Shown here piece after piece: positions 20,082-30,790 of a stretch of DNA of 64,000 bases (within the stretch, counting starts at the first letter, position 1; each line of letters opens with the position of its first letter). The notes under the pieces are model-generated. The model was given only the letters and a program-made list of their open reading frames with translations, was not told where the DNA came from and searched no databases. The position numbers and the translations under genes are program-made. Location of the stretch: assembly GCA_031556235.1 (NCBI GenBank), contig JAVBTH010000001.1, forward strand, positions 519,009 to 583,008, in the 5' to 3' direction. The DNA comes from Bacilli bacterium (GTDB lineage Bacteria; Bacillota_I; Bacilli_A; RFN20; CAG-826).

Positions 20082-20846
20082 ATGAGATTATTTGTGCTAG
20101 CTAGTGGATCAAAAGGAAACGCAACTTTAGTTGAATCAAATGGCCATGTCATTCAAATTGATATGGGCATTTCTTTGCGTAAATACAAAGAAAGAATACT
20201 TGAAACTCCCTTTTGTATTGAAGATGTTGAAGCTTTGCTTCTAACTCATGATCATGTTGATCACGATGCACATGCTAGAAGATTTGAAAACAGTAAAATA
20301 TACACAAGTTGTGGGACGTACAAAAGTATGGCAGAGGAAAACACACTGCATCCATATCATAGGCATTTAGTAGCTAATTTTGAAATTATTCCTTTACCGA
20401 CCTCACATGACGCTACCGCGCCAATCGGTTTTGTGATAGAAAGCGAAGGCAAAAAGCTTGTATATATGACTGATACTGGATATATTTCGGAAAAGAATCT
20501 TAAATATATGAATAACCCTGATTATATAATTATTGAAAGTAACCACGATGTGGAACTTCTTTGGAAAACTGGCAGACCTGCTAGATTAATTATGCGAATA
20601 ATTAGCGATTATGGTCACTTGAGCAATAAAGACTCTGCAAATTTTATTAGTGACATTATTGGTGATAAAACCAAACAAATCTTATTAGCTCACCTATCAG
20701 AAGACGCTAATACTCCAGAAATAGCATTAGAAAGTTATAAGGAAATTTTGCGGCAAAAAGGCATTGATTTATCAGCGGTGGAAGTTAAAACAACTTCGCA
20801 ACACCGAGTGGTTAAAGGCGGAGATGAAGTATGGATCTCAAAATAG
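20082..20846 (+). CDS. yycJ: MBL-fold metallo-hydrolase, YycJ/WalJ-like
   Basis: HDHVDHD metal-binding motif. Synteny dnaB...yycJ-rlmH mirrors Bacillus yycJ-yydA. Confidence 0.7.
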   Translation: MRLFVLASGSKGNATLVESNGHVIQIDMGISLRKYKERILETPFCIEDVEALLLTHDHVDHDAHARRFENSKIYTSCGTYKSMAEENTLHPYHRHLVANFEIIPLPTSHDATAPIGFVIESEGKKLVYMTDTGYISEKNLKYMNNPDYIIIESNHDVELLWKTGRPARLIMRIISDYGHLSNKDSANFISDIIGDKTKQILLAHLSEDANTPEIALESYKEILRQKGIDLSAVEVKTTSQHRVVKGGDEVWISK

Positions 20847-21313
20847 TTGCGGTTGGAAAAATCAAAGATAATAATTTTAAAACCTTAATCGCTGACTATC
20901 TTAAACGTATACAAATCTATGTAAAGACTACAATAATTGAAGTAGAAGATGAAAGCATTGCAAAAAATTCGAACAATACTTTAGACTCTATCGTAAAAGA
21001 AAAAGAAGGACAGCGAATACTTGATAAAATAAAAGAGCATGATTATGTTATTTTACTAGATTTATTAAACGCAAAAGCTCTAACTTCAATTGAACTATCG
21101 GAAACTATTGAAAAGCTAATGTGCGAAGGTAAAACGACTATTGTCTTTGTTATTGGAGGATCGTTAGGTCTAGGTGAAAATGTTCGAAAACGGGGCAATA
21201 TGCGTCTAGAATTAAGTAAGATGACTTTTACTCATCAGTTTGTGCGGTTAATTATTTTAGAGCAAGTATACCGAGCATATAAGATTATAAACAACGAAAC
21301 TTATCATAAGTAA
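20831..21313 (+). CDS. rlmH: 23S rRNA (pseudouridine1915-N3)-methyltransferase RlmH (SPOUT)
   Basis: About 160 aa with MDLKIVAVGKIKD... and the C-terminal SPOUT knot region. Confidence 0.85.
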   Translation: MDLKIVAVGKIKDNNFKTLIADYLKRIQIYVKTTIIEVEDESIAKNSNNTLDSIVKEKEGQRILDKIKEHDYVILLDLLNAKALTSIELSETIEKLMCEGKTTIVFVIGGSLGLGENVRKRGNMRLELSKMTFTHQFVRLIILEQVYRAYKIINNETYHK

Positions 21314-21325
21314 GGAGGGAAATCA

Positions 21326-21688
21326 ATGAAGGCTACATTAGGATTAGATTTACCGATTCATCAAATGAATTTACATACCGCTCCTTTTGATCTTATTTTA
21401 AGTGGTGAAAAAATATATGAATTAAGACTTTATGATGAAAGAAGAAAAGTTTTAAAAGTTGGAGATTTTATCGAATTTGATGAGACTAACGGACATAGAA
21501 AACTTGTTGTGCAAATAGAAGACATTATGCATTTTGCTAATTTTGCTGAGTTATATGCTTCCTTGCCGTTTGATAAAATTGGTTATAAAAGTGACGAAAA
21601 AGCTGATCCATCAGATATGGATATTTATTACTCCAAAGAAAAACAGCGCATGTATGGAGTAATAGCTATTAAGGTAAGGTTAATATAA
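21326..21688 (+). CDS. ASCH/PUA-like domain protein
   Basis: 120 aa, with LSGEKIYELRLYDERRKVLKVGDFIEF typical of the ASCH fold. Confidence 0.5.
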   Translation: MKATLGLDLPIHQMNLHTAPFDLILSGEKIYELRLYDERRKVLKVGDFIEFDETNGHRKLVVQIEDIMHFANFAELYASLPFDKIGYKSDEKADPSDMDIYYSKEKQRMYGVIAIKVRLI

Positions 21689-21727
21689 AAGATGTTACAA
21701 ACAATAGGTTTATAACATCTTTTTTTC
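21689..21727. terminator. Bidirectional terminator between convergent ASCH and yfhO genes
   Basis: AAGATGTTA-15 nt-TAACATCTT 9-bp stem followed by a T7 run. Confidence 0.65.
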
Positions 21728-24538
21728 TTATACGTTTGTTGGCTCGGCTATTTCTTTTTCAGAATTTGGTTTCTTCTTGTTTTTAAATTTGTCAACGTAA
21801 ACTAATACTGTTTTATCTAAATGATACCATGAGACAGCAATGTAACCAATCGCCACTAAGCCAATTAGGATAGCATAAGTATAACTACTACCCGCGTATC
21901 TAAGATCAACTTTAAGTGTTTGACCATCGCTAAAGCCTAATGAACTTAAATCCGCACCTAGAAATAATTCCTGAACATTTCTTGTTTTAACGCTTTTACC
22001 ATTAATTGAAATTTTCCAACTACTTTCAAATGGGAAAGTCATCATTAACATAGGTTTGGCTTTGTTATAAGTTACTTCACCTTTGTAATGTGAAGAAGAT
22101 ATTTTTTTAATCTGTAAAGAATTATTTTGCAAGTTATCCGTATATTGTTTTAAAACATTAGTGTCTTCGTAATAAAAGAATGCGTTTAGTTCAACTGTTT
22201 CCCAATATGTATTGGCATTTAATAGAAGAGTGTATGTTCTTGTTGTGCTTGCGTTACGCTTAATTGGGTTAATAGCTTGGTTGTAATAGTTTTCATAACG
22301 AACAGATACACCATTCTCTAAGACAGTCATTTGACCTTTATAGAAAGGAGAAACATAATAATAGTAAGGAAAATTGTTGCTAGAGTCGATTGTGACTGTA
22401 TAAGTTATTCGACCAACTTCGCCGAGATTGGTTAATTTAAATCTCTTAGGATTTTCTGGAAGTGGTTCTAGATTAGTATACGCGACCGAAACGCCAGCTT
22501 TTTTAAAAATGTCATTATTATCTGCATCGGTTAAATCATCATCTACGGGAAGATTTGCTAAGTCTTTGAACATGTAGTTTTGATATTCAAAAATATTAAA
22601 CCAATACGTAGAGTTGTCAGCTAAATAGACTCCTTGTCGTCCATACTTGTTAGTGGATGGCTTAACCATATATCCCATTCCTAAGGCATAAGGATTTTCA
22701 AAGGTATAATAGTTACCTCCACTTGAATCAGTTGCAGGAACTGTATTTATTAGATTTAAATGATCCCGGCCTCCGAAGTTACGGTTGGAGATTAATCCGC
22801 TATTATAGAATTGGTCGCGGTCAATAATATATTTTACGTTTAAGAGTGAATTAGCTGCAATAGTAGATCCTTGTGCATAACTAGTCCAGTTAGGATTAGA
22901 ATGGAAACCGAGACGATTACTCATGTAAGAACGAACATTTAGCTTGTCACTGGATGAATAGTGTGACAATCCAGCATAGTCAAACATCATTGCATCATTA
23001 TTTGCGTAATTGTATGATGAATTACGATAAAATGTCTTTTCCATCCGGTATTGATATCCGCTTTGGTCATATTCCTTTACGTAATCAATTAATGAGCCTA
23101 TTTCATTAATATCATCTTTATATGTTTTATAAGATAAATAGTTATTTGCCTTTGCGTTAGTGGAAATGACTTGAGAGGTGGATTTACTCATATCTACTAT
23201 ATTAATCGTAAGCAGAACGCCAATAGTAACGTATTTGCTCCAAGTAAAATGTTTGAATTTATGATTGAATAAAATCACTGCCGCAAAAATAATATAGAGA
23301 ACTATTTCTAAATCTAAGTTGTTTTTAAGCGACGAAAATCTGTTGATAATAAATTGAATAACAATCAATGCGAGAACTAGAATTAGTTGATAAGGAGAAA
23401 ATCCTTTTTCAAGTTTATTAAACCCGCGAGCTGCAAAGTAGATAATAAAGAAGCTGAATATGAAAGCATATCGATATGGGAACCAAGTGGGTGCTGCGCC
23501 ACCATGCATTAAGTTATCTAAAGCCCTAATCGAAAATATTAATATAAAACCTGCGAGGATATATGCGGCATTATATCTTTCATTTTTTTCAATTGAATTA
23601 TTTGCAAAGTACATGACAAGAAGATATAGGCTTAGACATCCGCAGAATACTAATGGTGAGCCACTTATAATATCAGATATTCCGGCGTATGAACCACCAC
23701 TAAGATTTCCGATAGCGTCTGTAAAATTTATTATTAAACTAAAATCAGTGACGTTTCCACTGCCAATTTGAGTTTTAGATCCTGTCATTGCAAGAATCGC
23801 GGTTAGCCACGATATCGCGCTTAAAGCGCCTGCTAAAATTGAAGCAGTTAAAAATTTGCTGAAAAATTGCTTGATATCTTTCTTCTCGCGTTTTTTACGA
23901 TATAACTCAAATAGAAAGAAAACTACCGAAGCAATGCAAATCATGAAACCAATATAATAATTTGAGAATATGGCAAGAGCTAGTGAGACGACATATAATA
24001 TCGCCTTTTTTCCATCGAAAAGTTGTTTAATGCCCAGTACAACAAGAGGTAGAAATATGACGCCATCAATCCACATGATATTGGAGTGGTATACAATTAC
24101 GTATGCACATAATGCGTACGAGATCGAAAAAACGAGTCCAGTAAGAGGTTTCTTGTAAACATATTGCATTAAAGCAAAGAAAGTTAATCCACAGGCTCCT
24201 ATTTTTAAAGTAGTAACAATGCTAAGAGTAACTGGTAAAGCTGATGACGAGACAAATACATAAATGAAGTTAAACGGAGATAATAGGTAGTAGGTCAAAA
24301 TAGAGACCATGTCTCCGCCAAGAGATTTCGTTAAAGTATAAATGAAATCATTACTAGTGCGGAAAACTGAACCTAAATAACTCAGCATAGAAATATATTG
24401 CCCTTGCAAATCTACCATTAATAAAGTTCCATCTCCAAATGGTGTAATTTTATTAGCGCTTAGTGTAAATAAAAAAATTACACTTGGGATTATGAAAGAA
24501 GCAATGTAACAAGATATACGTAGTATTTTTTTACTCAT
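21728..24538 (-). CDS. YfhO-family polytopic membrane protein (putative glycosyltransferase/glycopolymer modification)
   Basis: About 935 aa, with roughly 14 N-terminal TM helices and a large C-terminal extracytoplasmic domain. ATG at 24538 is preceded by a GAGGTGA RBS; the ORF-track start at 24547 is a GTG inside that RBS. Confidence 0.55.
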   Translation of the reverse strand: MSKKILRISCYIASFIIPSVIFLFTLSANKITPFGDGTLLMVDLQGQYISMLSYLGSVFRTSNDFIYTLTKSLGGDMVSILTYYLLSPFNFIYVFVSSSALPVTLSIVTTLKIGACGLTFFALMQYVYKKPLTGLVFSISYALCAYVIVYHSNIMWIDGVIFLPLVVLGIKQLFDGKKAILYVVSLALAIFSNYYIGFMICIASVVFFLFELYRKKREKKDIKQFFSKFLTASILAGALSAISWLTAILAMTGSKTQIGSGNVTDFSLIINFTDAIGNLSGGSYAGISDIISGSPLVFCGCLSLYLLVMYFANNSIEKNERYNAAYILAGFILIFSIRALDNLMHGGAAPTWFPYRYAFIFSFFIIYFAARGFNKLEKGFSPYQLILVLALIVIQFIINRFSSLKNNLDLEIVLYIIFAAVILFNHKFKHFTWSKYVTIGVLLTINIVDMSKSTSQVISTNAKANNYLSYKTYKDDINEIGSLIDYVKEYDQSGYQYRMEKTFYRNSSYNYANNDAMMFDYAGLSHYSSSDKLNVRSYMSNRLGFHSNPNWTSYAQGSTIAANSLLNVKYIIDRDQFYNSGLISNRNFGGRDHLNLINTVPATDSSGGNYYTFENPYALGMGYMVKPSTNKYGRQGVYLADNSTYWFNIFEYQNYMFKDLANLPVDDDLTDADNNDIFKKAGVSVAYTNLEPLPENPKRFKLTNLGEVGRITYTVTIDSSNNFPYYYYVSPFYKGQMTVLENGVSVRYENYYNQAINPIKRNASTTRTYTLLLNANTYWETVELNAFFYYEDTNVLKQYTDNLQNNSLQIKKISSSHYKGEVTYNKAKPMLMMTFPFESSWKISINGKSVKTRNVQELFLGADLSSLGFSDGQTLKVDLRYAGSSYTYAILIGLVAIGYIAVSWYHLDKTVLVYVDKFKNKKKPNSEKEIAEPTNV

Positions 24539-24613
24539 AGTCGTCACCTCATATAAAAGTAGTATATACCAATAATAAGTAAAATAAAATAGATACTGAT
24601 GTATCTATTCTTA

Positions 24614-25405
24614 TTAGTCTATTAATTTATAATGTTTGATTGCCTTAGCCCAGCCATCATTATCAATATCATCGGTGACAAAGTCAGCAACTGCTTTAGC
24701 TTCTGATTTTCCATTTCCCATTGCTACTGAGATTCCGGCAAAGCTTAACATTTCGACATCATTACTATTGTCTCCAAGGCACATTACGTTTTCTGGATTC
24801 CAACCATAATACTCTAATACAGCTAAAATTCCTTTTGATTTGTCGCTATCTGTAGGCATAATATCTACGGCATATTCGTCCCATCTTGCACTTTTACATA
24901 AATGTAAATGTGGAAGGAATAATGATTCATCTAATTCGTCACAAAAGGCAATAGCTTGATAAATAACGCGATCATAATGATCAGGATACGTTCTAGGTTG
25001 AGGAAATCTTGTGCCAAATTTTTCATGGGCAGATATCACTCGTTCATCAATCATGTTTATATGTCCTTCAGTTTCTTCAATAAGAGTTAATCCGAAACGT
25101 AGACGTTTAGAAAATTTTATTAAAGAATCAACTTCAGATTCTGGGATAGGATATCGATAAATAATCTTTCCTTCAATAATTGCATTAGCGCCATTCATCG
25201 TGATTAAGCCATCGGGTTTAATAATATCCAAAATGCCCGTTTTTCTAATCAAGTAAAAATTTCTACCAGAGCATAAAAATATTTTGATTCCTTTTGCTTG
25301 TAATGCCTTGATTGCATCAATCGCGCTTTGTGGGACTTTCTTTTGCGAATGTGAATATAAAGTCTGATCAATGTCAGTTATTACGGCTTTAATCTTTTTA
25401 TTCAT
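24614..25405 (-). CDS. Cof-type HAD-IIB family hydrolase (sugar phosphatase)
   Basis: VITDIDQTLY (DxD motif I) and GDNSNDVEML (motif IV). Internal Met at 25405 with an AAAGGA RBS is the likely start. Confidence 0.75.
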   Translation of the reverse strand: MNKKIKAVITDIDQTLYSHSQKKVPQSAIDAIKALQAKGIKIFLCSGRNFYLIRKTGILDIIKPDGLITMNGANAIIEGKIIYRYPIPESEVDSLIKFSKRLRFGLTLIEETEGHINMIDERVISAHEKFGTRFPQPRTYPDHYDRVIYQAIAFCDELDESLFLPHLHLCKSARWDEYAVDIMPTDSDKSKGILAVLEYYGWNPENVMCLGDNSNDVEMLSFAGISVAMGNGKSEAKAVADFVTDDIDNDGWAKAIKHYKLID

Positions 25406-25458
25406 CTTTATATCATCCTTTCTTTGTGGTATTCTAATATCAGAAATGAGGCGCATAG

Positions 25459-25807
25459 CATGAGTGTAAAGCACGAAGAATGGCAAGACTTAGAACTTGT
25501 TGAAGATTTAAGTAATCCATTTTGCAGTAAATACGTTTATCCAACAAAAGAATGCTTTTACATAGAACCGATTTTTTACACTATGCTCATGGGTTTTAAA
25601 CAACGCCATGCAAATCAATTCCAACTTATTTTAGATGAAATAAGACGAATAGTCAAAAATAATCGCAAAGTTGTGTTTACAGGAGAATTTGAAACTCCGC
25701 TAACAAAAGCAACAGATGATTATATATATCTAGAAATATTTGATGTGACAGATAAATTAGGAATTTTTGTTGAAGACAAGTCGCGCGGATCTGACTATGG
25801 AGATTAA
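25459..25807 (+). CDS. Hypothetical protein (116 aa)
   Basis: ORF with a GAGG RBS before the Met at 25459. No recognisable motif. Confidence 0.4.
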
Positions 25808-25861
25808 TACTTTATAAAAGTGAAATAAATTGTAATACTAATGATTAAAGGGGCTAAAAAT

Positions 25862-26734
25862 ATGAAAAATGCAGTGATTATTTATAATCTTACGCAAACT
25901 GAAGAAAAGTTTGCTGCACAAATCGATGAATTTGTTAAGGAATTTGCAAAAGTGCATATTAAACTTTTCAAAGTGGATAATGCTTCAGCAGAGCGTTTTT
26001 TAAGCAAGAATAAAAAAATTAAGTTCGTACTATTCTATGATAAAGATGCACGATTAGCAGCGGCTTTGGAAAGCAAAGGATATCTCCTTTATAATAGTGC
26101 TGAAACCATTAGAATTTGCGATGATAAAGGATTAACACAAGTAGCTTTAGAAAAACATAAAATTAATACTCCAAAAACAAGAGTTTTGCCAGAAGTTTTA
26201 GGACAAAATATTAGTTTCTATATGGATTCGATTGAACCAATTATTTCTGAGTTCACATATCCTTTCATCTTGAAAGAGCGAATAGGATCTTTTGGGGACC
26301 AAGTTTATTTAATAAAGAATAAAGATGCGCTTGTTGCAAAATTAGTTGAAGTTGGGCACAAAGGACTTTTAATTCAAGAATTTATTGAATGCTCTTCAGG
26401 AAAAGATTATCGCGCGTTTGTCATTAATAAAAAAGTTATTGTCGTCAAGCGAACGAATGAAAATGATTTTAGAAGTAACGTTAATCAAGGTGGAGAAATG
26501 TCAAGATATACAAGTTTAGGATACGCTAAAATTCGCAAAGTAGCTTTGAAAAGTGCTAAAGCAGTCAAAGCAAAGTTTGCAGGTGTAGACATAGTTTTTA
26601 ACGAGTATCGTGTTCCACTAGTTTTAGAAGTTAATAGTAATGCTCGTACTCTGTCAATTAGACAAGCGACTGATGTTAATGTAACAAGAATGATCGCAAA
26701 ATATATTAAAAGAGATTCCAAGCGAAAAATTTAG
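25862..26734 (+). CDS. ATP-grasp family ligase (RimK-like)
   Basis: ATP-grasp fold: YPFILKERIGSFGDQVYLIKN, KDYRAFVI, and the metal-binding LVLEVNSNA. Confidence 0.7.
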   Translation: MKNAVIIYNLTQTEEKFAAQIDEFVKEFAKVHIKLFKVDNASAERFLSKNKKIKFVLFYDKDARLAAALESKGYLLYNSAETIRICDDKGLTQVALEKHKINTPKTRVLPEVLGQNISFYMDSIEPIISEFTYPFILKERIGSFGDQVYLIKNKDALVAKLVEVGHKGLLIQEFIECSSGKDYRAFVINKKVIVVKRTNENDFRSNVNQGGEMSRYTSLGYAKIRKVALKSAKAVKAKFAGVDIVFNEYRVPLVLEVNSNARTLSIRQATDVNVTRMIAKYIKRDSKRKI

Positions 26735-26748
26735 ATTGGGGAATTTAC

Positions 26749-28077
26749 ATGACAATTGCAGTATTAGGAATGAGTGTAATAGGCATTATACATAGCCTAG
26801 TATTCTCATCATTAGAAAATGAAATAATCGCTTATGATGATAATCAGATTAAAATAGATAGTTTGAAACGGGGAATTCCTCTTTGCAAAGAACCAGGCGT
26901 AAAGGAAATGTTGTCACAATATAATGACAACATTCTTTTCACTTGTAATATTGAAGAGGCATTAAAAGAAGCAGAAATAATCGTCATAACTTCCGAAACA
27001 ATTGAAGTTGCTGACGGCTCTATTGATTTAAGTGAAATTTCTCAATATATTCAAAATATAATCAAATATGCTGCTAAAGATGCAATTATAATTATTAAAA
27101 CAAGTGTCCCAATTGGAACCGCAAAACAAGTTGAAGAAATGATTTTGAATCATAAAAGAAGTAATCCGATAGTAATCAATCCAGATTTTTATTCGCTGGA
27201 GACACTTGTAGATGATTTAAAGGAACCTAAGCAAATTGTTGCGGGAGTTAAAGAGGTTGAGACTCATGTGAAAATCAACTGGTTATACCGGTCTTTCATC
27301 GAGAGAGATATATCAATTTGTTTTACTTCGCCGACAACCGCGGAGGTAATTAAGCATGCTGCTGACCGTTTTGCAGGTGTTAAGAATAGCTTTATTAATG
27401 AAGTCGCGGCTTTCTGTGATCGAGTTGGGGCAGATATTGTCGCAGTAGTGAGTGCTCTTAGCGCAAACAAAAATATCGGGAATAGTTACCTAGAAGTTGG
27501 TGCAGGATATGGAACGCATATTAACAATAAAAAACGTGCTCCTTTGAGCTTTCCTGAATTGCGTGAGCCACTTGATATATGTCGTGCCGCCGAGATTTCT
27601 AATCGTAAAATGCCAAGACTTTTCGCACAGAGAATAATAAATAGATTCTCCTCCAATGAAAAAAAACCTGTTGTAGCTGTGCTAGGGCTTTCGAATGTAA
27701 AAGAAAGAAATGGGATTAATAATTCTCCCGCTGCAATTTTAATTGATACGTTATTAAAAAACGAAATAGAAGTAGTTGGATATGATTACAATTACGAGAG
27801 TGAGTTTGCAATCTCGTTTGGTAAAAATAAATTATTAAGATATTCAGATGAATTAAAGGATGCAATAAAGCATGCTGATTGCGTTGTAATTATGAGTGAT
27901 AGTGCAGACATTAAGCAATTAAATCAGAAAATATTTCTTGAACTAATGGGAGAAAATGCAGTTGTGTTTGATGCGATTAATTTATTTAATCCCATGCAGA
28001 TGTCTAAAATTGAGTATCACCCGTTTGGGAGAGCAATAATTCACAAATATATTGAAAAGGGTCCATTTAAAGATTAA
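26749..28077 (+). CDS. UDP-glucose/GDP-mannose dehydrogenase family homologue with degenerate active site
   Basis: N-terminal Rossmann domain (IAVLGMSVIG ... EPGVKEML), central dimerisation domain and C-terminal UDP-binding domain (VAVLGLSNVKERNGINNSPAAI ... VVGYD). The catalytic GGSCFPKD cysteine segment reads GAGYGTHINN instead. Confidence 0.6.
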   Translation: MTIAVLGMSVIGIIHSLVFSSLENEIIAYDDNQIKIDSLKRGIPLCKEPGVKEMLSQYNDNILFTCNIEEALKEAEIIVITSETIEVADGSIDLSEISQYIQNIIKYAAKDAIIIIKTSVPIGTAKQVEEMILNHKRSNPIVINPDFYSLETLVDDLKEPKQIVAGVKEVETHVKINWLYRSFIERDISICFTSPTTAEVIKHAADRFAGVKNSFINEVAAFCDRVGADIVAVVSALSANKNIGNSYLEVGAGYGTHINNKKRAPLSFPELREPLDICRAAEISNRKMPRLFAQRIINRFSSNEKKPVVAVLGLSNVKERNGINNSPAAILIDTLLKNEIEVVGYDYNYESEFAISFGKNKLLRYSDELKDAIKHADCVVIMSDSADIKQLNQKIFLELMGENAVVFDAINLFNPMQMSKIEYHPFGRAIIHKYIEKGPFKD

Positions 28078-28113
28078 AAAACTCTAGCAAATTACTTGCT
28101 AGAGTTTGTTTTT

Positions 28114-29121
28114 TTAAGCTGCGACTGGTTTGAGATTTTTTGTTGACATCCACATAGTTCTTAGCCCAAAGCTTAACATAAATACAATTGATGCGTAAGC
28201 AGGAGCAATAAATCCGACTATTACTGTCAATATTGCAGGACATAATGCTAGGAAGGCAGATACTTTTAATGCTTCTAAGAAAGTAAAATCGCGATTTGGA
28301 TTATGCTTTCCACGAGTCATAACGAAGATCATTAAACCAATCATTAATACTACTAAGACGTTTACACCGAAGTAAACACTGACTTGTAATTGAAGAGTAT
28401 TAGCTTTTAATGGAGCGTATGATTTATCGAACAATAAACCCCATCTCTCCATTATCTCTGCTTCCGTAGAAGTAGGGGAGGCTTTAAAACTTTTGATGTT
28501 TGTATTAACTAGATTCTTCGCATACACTCCGGTCATTTGATCTTGAACAGTTGCTCCCTTAGTTGCGTCTTTCTTATAGAGAACAACATTAAGTGTTTCA
28601 CGACCTAAAATCATAAATGAAACAATTTTTTCTTGCTCTGCAGGCAACTCGCTTCCTTCAACATAAACTTTGTCGATTAATTCTTTTCTAAATGCTTGAG
28701 TATCTTCAGCATTTAAATCTACACTGTAAATTCTAAAGCGAACATTCTCCTCTTTACCATCGAATGCCTTGTATTCATATGGCATATTTTCACCGAAGGC
28801 TTCATTCCATTCGGTTTGATTTTTATTTACAAGAACATATTTATATTTTGAGGTGGTGTCGGTTGATGGCTCCACTACGATATTAATGCCTTCTTCGTTG
28901 AGTCGTTCAACAAATTCATACATCGCGGATTCCGCGCCATTTAGCGATTTGTCTAAAATATCACTACCATTAATTTTGTTAATGGTTACCATTGTTGGAA
29001 TAACCGCAAGTATCATGGAGATAAGAAATACAACTATTGCTAACCACCATGCTTTTTTCCGACCATCTAAGGCAACTTTATTGCTAAATAAACTGCCAAA
29101 TATAAACTTAATAATATCCAT
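28114..29121 (-). CDS. Hypothetical membrane protein (N-terminal TM, extracytoplasmic domain, C-terminal TM bundle)
   Basis: Hydrophobic segments at the N- and C-termini. No named family recognised. Confidence 0.5.
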   Translation of the reverse strand: MDIIKFIFGSLFSNKVALDGRKKAWWLAIVVFLISMILAVIPTMVTINKINGSDILDKSLNGAESAMYEFVERLNEEGINIVVEPSTDTTSKYKYVLVNKNQTEWNEAFGENMPYEYKAFDGKEENVRFRIYSVDLNAEDTQAFRKELIDKVYVEGSELPAEQEKIVSFMILGRETLNVVLYKKDATKGATVQDQMTGVYAKNLVNTNIKSFKASPTSTEAEIMERWGLLFDKSYAPLKANTLQLQVSVYFGVNVLVVLMIGLMIFVMTRGKHNPNRDFTFLEALKVSAFLALCPAILTVIVGFIAPAYASIVFMLSFGLRTMWMSTKNLKPVAA

Positions 29122-29288
29122 AATTCATCATCCTTTTCTTAGAAACTAATTATAGTAAATATTTTGATATATATCAAACTATTTATTTAATAAAAAAAAT
29201 TAGGATATTGATAATTCATAAATAATGTCGGTTTTTGTGTTTAATTCGTATAAATAAGCATAAAAAACTCCTCAAAGAGGAGTATCTA

Positions 29289-29822
29289 CTAATAATTTTC
29301 TTTACGTACTTCGAAATAACTTTGTGGATGGGCACAAACTGGACACACAAGTGGAGCCTTTTTACCCATTACTAGATGTCCACAATTACGGCATTCCCAC
29401 ATTGTTTGATCACCTTTTTCAAAGACTTTTTGCATTTCAACATTTTCAAGAAGAGCACGATATCTCTCTTCGTGTGCTTTTTCGATTTTGGCAACGCCTC
29501 TAAATTGAACTGCTAATTGTAAAAAACCTTCTTCCTCGGCTTCGCGAGCAAACGTTTCATACATGTCTGTCCATTCATAATTCTCGCCTTCAGCTGCGTG
29601 CAACAAGTTTTGTGCAGTTCCGCCTAACATTCCAAGAGCCTTGAACCAAAGTTTTGCGTGTTCTTTTTCATTTTCGGCTGTTTCCAAGAATATTGATGCA
29701 ATTTGCTCATAGCCCTCTTTCTTTGCAACGCTAGCAAAGTAGGTGTATTTACCTCTTGCTTGTGATTCGCCAGCAAATGCTGCTAGTAAATTCTTCTCTG
29801 TCTTAGATCCTTTTAATTCCAT
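29289..29822 (-). CDS. rbr: Rubrerythrin (ferritin-like diiron domain plus C-terminal rubredoxin-like CxxC...CxxC)
   Basis: ExxH diiron motifs and the terminal CRNCGH...CPVCAH. Confidence 0.9.
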   Translation of the reverse strand: MELKGSKTEKNLLAAFAGESQARGKYTYFASVAKKEGYEQIASIFLETAENEKEHAKLWFKALGMLGGTAQNLLHAAEGENYEWTDMYETFAREAEEEGFLQLAVQFRGVAKIEKAHEERYRALLENVEMQKVFEKGDQTMWECRNCGHLVMGKKAPLVCPVCAHPQSYFEVRKENY

Positions 29823-29834
29823 TTATTTTTCCTC

Positions 29835-30224
29835 CTATTTATTAATATCGAGATTGCACATACACTCTAGACAAAGTCCTTCATAAGTAACGTGACATTT
29901 CTCGATTTTAAAACCATTAACTTCAATCGAATTATTATTTTCTGTTGAGGCGTTAATATCGAACAATTTGTGACAGCAACGACAATAAGCATGATGATGA
30001 TTATGAATGAAGTTGTCATATCTGTCAGCGCCACCAGGAATTTTAATTCGAGCAATTTTACCATCTTCCGCGAGCTCATTTAAATTGCGATAGACAGTCG
30101 CACGACTAATGTGTGGATGCTCAGTATTTATATTTGCATACACTTCGTCAGCGGTAGGATGATTGTGCGAGTTGGTCATTATTGAAAACGTGATAATTTT
30201 TTGTTTTGTTTGTCTTTTTTTCAA
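29835..30224 (-). CDS. perR: Fur-family peroxide-responsive repressor (PerR-like), probable TTG start
   Basis: HPTADEVY...ATVYRNL HTH, HHxHxxC and CxxC zinc motifs. Adjacent to rubrerythrin. Only a TTG with an AAAGGA RBS gives a full-length N-terminus. Confidence 0.8.
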   Translation of the reverse strand: MKKRQTKQKIITFSIMTNSHNHPTADEVYANINTEHPHISRATVYRNLNELAEDGKIARIKIPGGADRYDNFIHNHHHAYCRCCHKLFDINASTENNNSIEVNGFKIEKCHVTYEGLCLECMCNLDINK

Positions 30225-30284
30225 TTATTCTCATCCTTTCACCCTTAATGATATTTTATATCAATAAGAAAACAATGTCAATTA

Positions 30285-30767
30285 TTACGCGTTTTTTCTA
30301 TCATTATAATATTTCTTTTCCATAGCTAATAATGCTTTTTTGATTTCTTGACTTCCGGTATAATTCCCTATATTTCCGCGCGTACCAATGACTCTATGAC
30401 AGGGGAGAAGAATAGGAACGTAGTTACTGCAAAGATAATTTGCAATCGCTCTTGCGTAATTTGGGTTACCAAGTATGCGGGCGATATCGGTGTAAGTTAA
30501 AGTTTTTCCGTATGGAATTTGCTGAACTATTTCGCGAACTGGGTTTACGAATTCTGAGCCAATAAAACAAATTGGAATGTCGAAATGTACTCTTCTTCCA
30601 GCAAAATACTCTTGAAGTTGGTACCAAGTTTTTTTAATTACTGGTGTTTCTATTTCATCAGCCGTTGGAAATGTGCGTTTGTAGTTAAAAACTATGTGAA
30701 GAATTCTAGCATTCATTGCCACAATTGTAATTGGACCTAATGCTGATTGATAAGTGAATTTTTCCAT
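30285..30767 (-). CDS. ogt: Methylated-DNA--protein-cysteine methyltransferase
   Basis: Active site LLPCHRVIG. Confidence 0.9.
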   Translation of the reverse strand: MEKFTYQSALGPITIVAMNARILHIVFNYKRTFPTADEIETPVIKKTWYQLQEYFAGRRVHFDIPICFIGSEFVNPVREIVQQIPYGKTLTYTDIARILGNPNYARAIANYLCSNYVPILLPCHRVIGTRGNIGNYTGSQEIKKALLAMEKKYYNDRKNA

Positions 30768-30790
30768 ATTTTACACCCCATTTACTTTTT

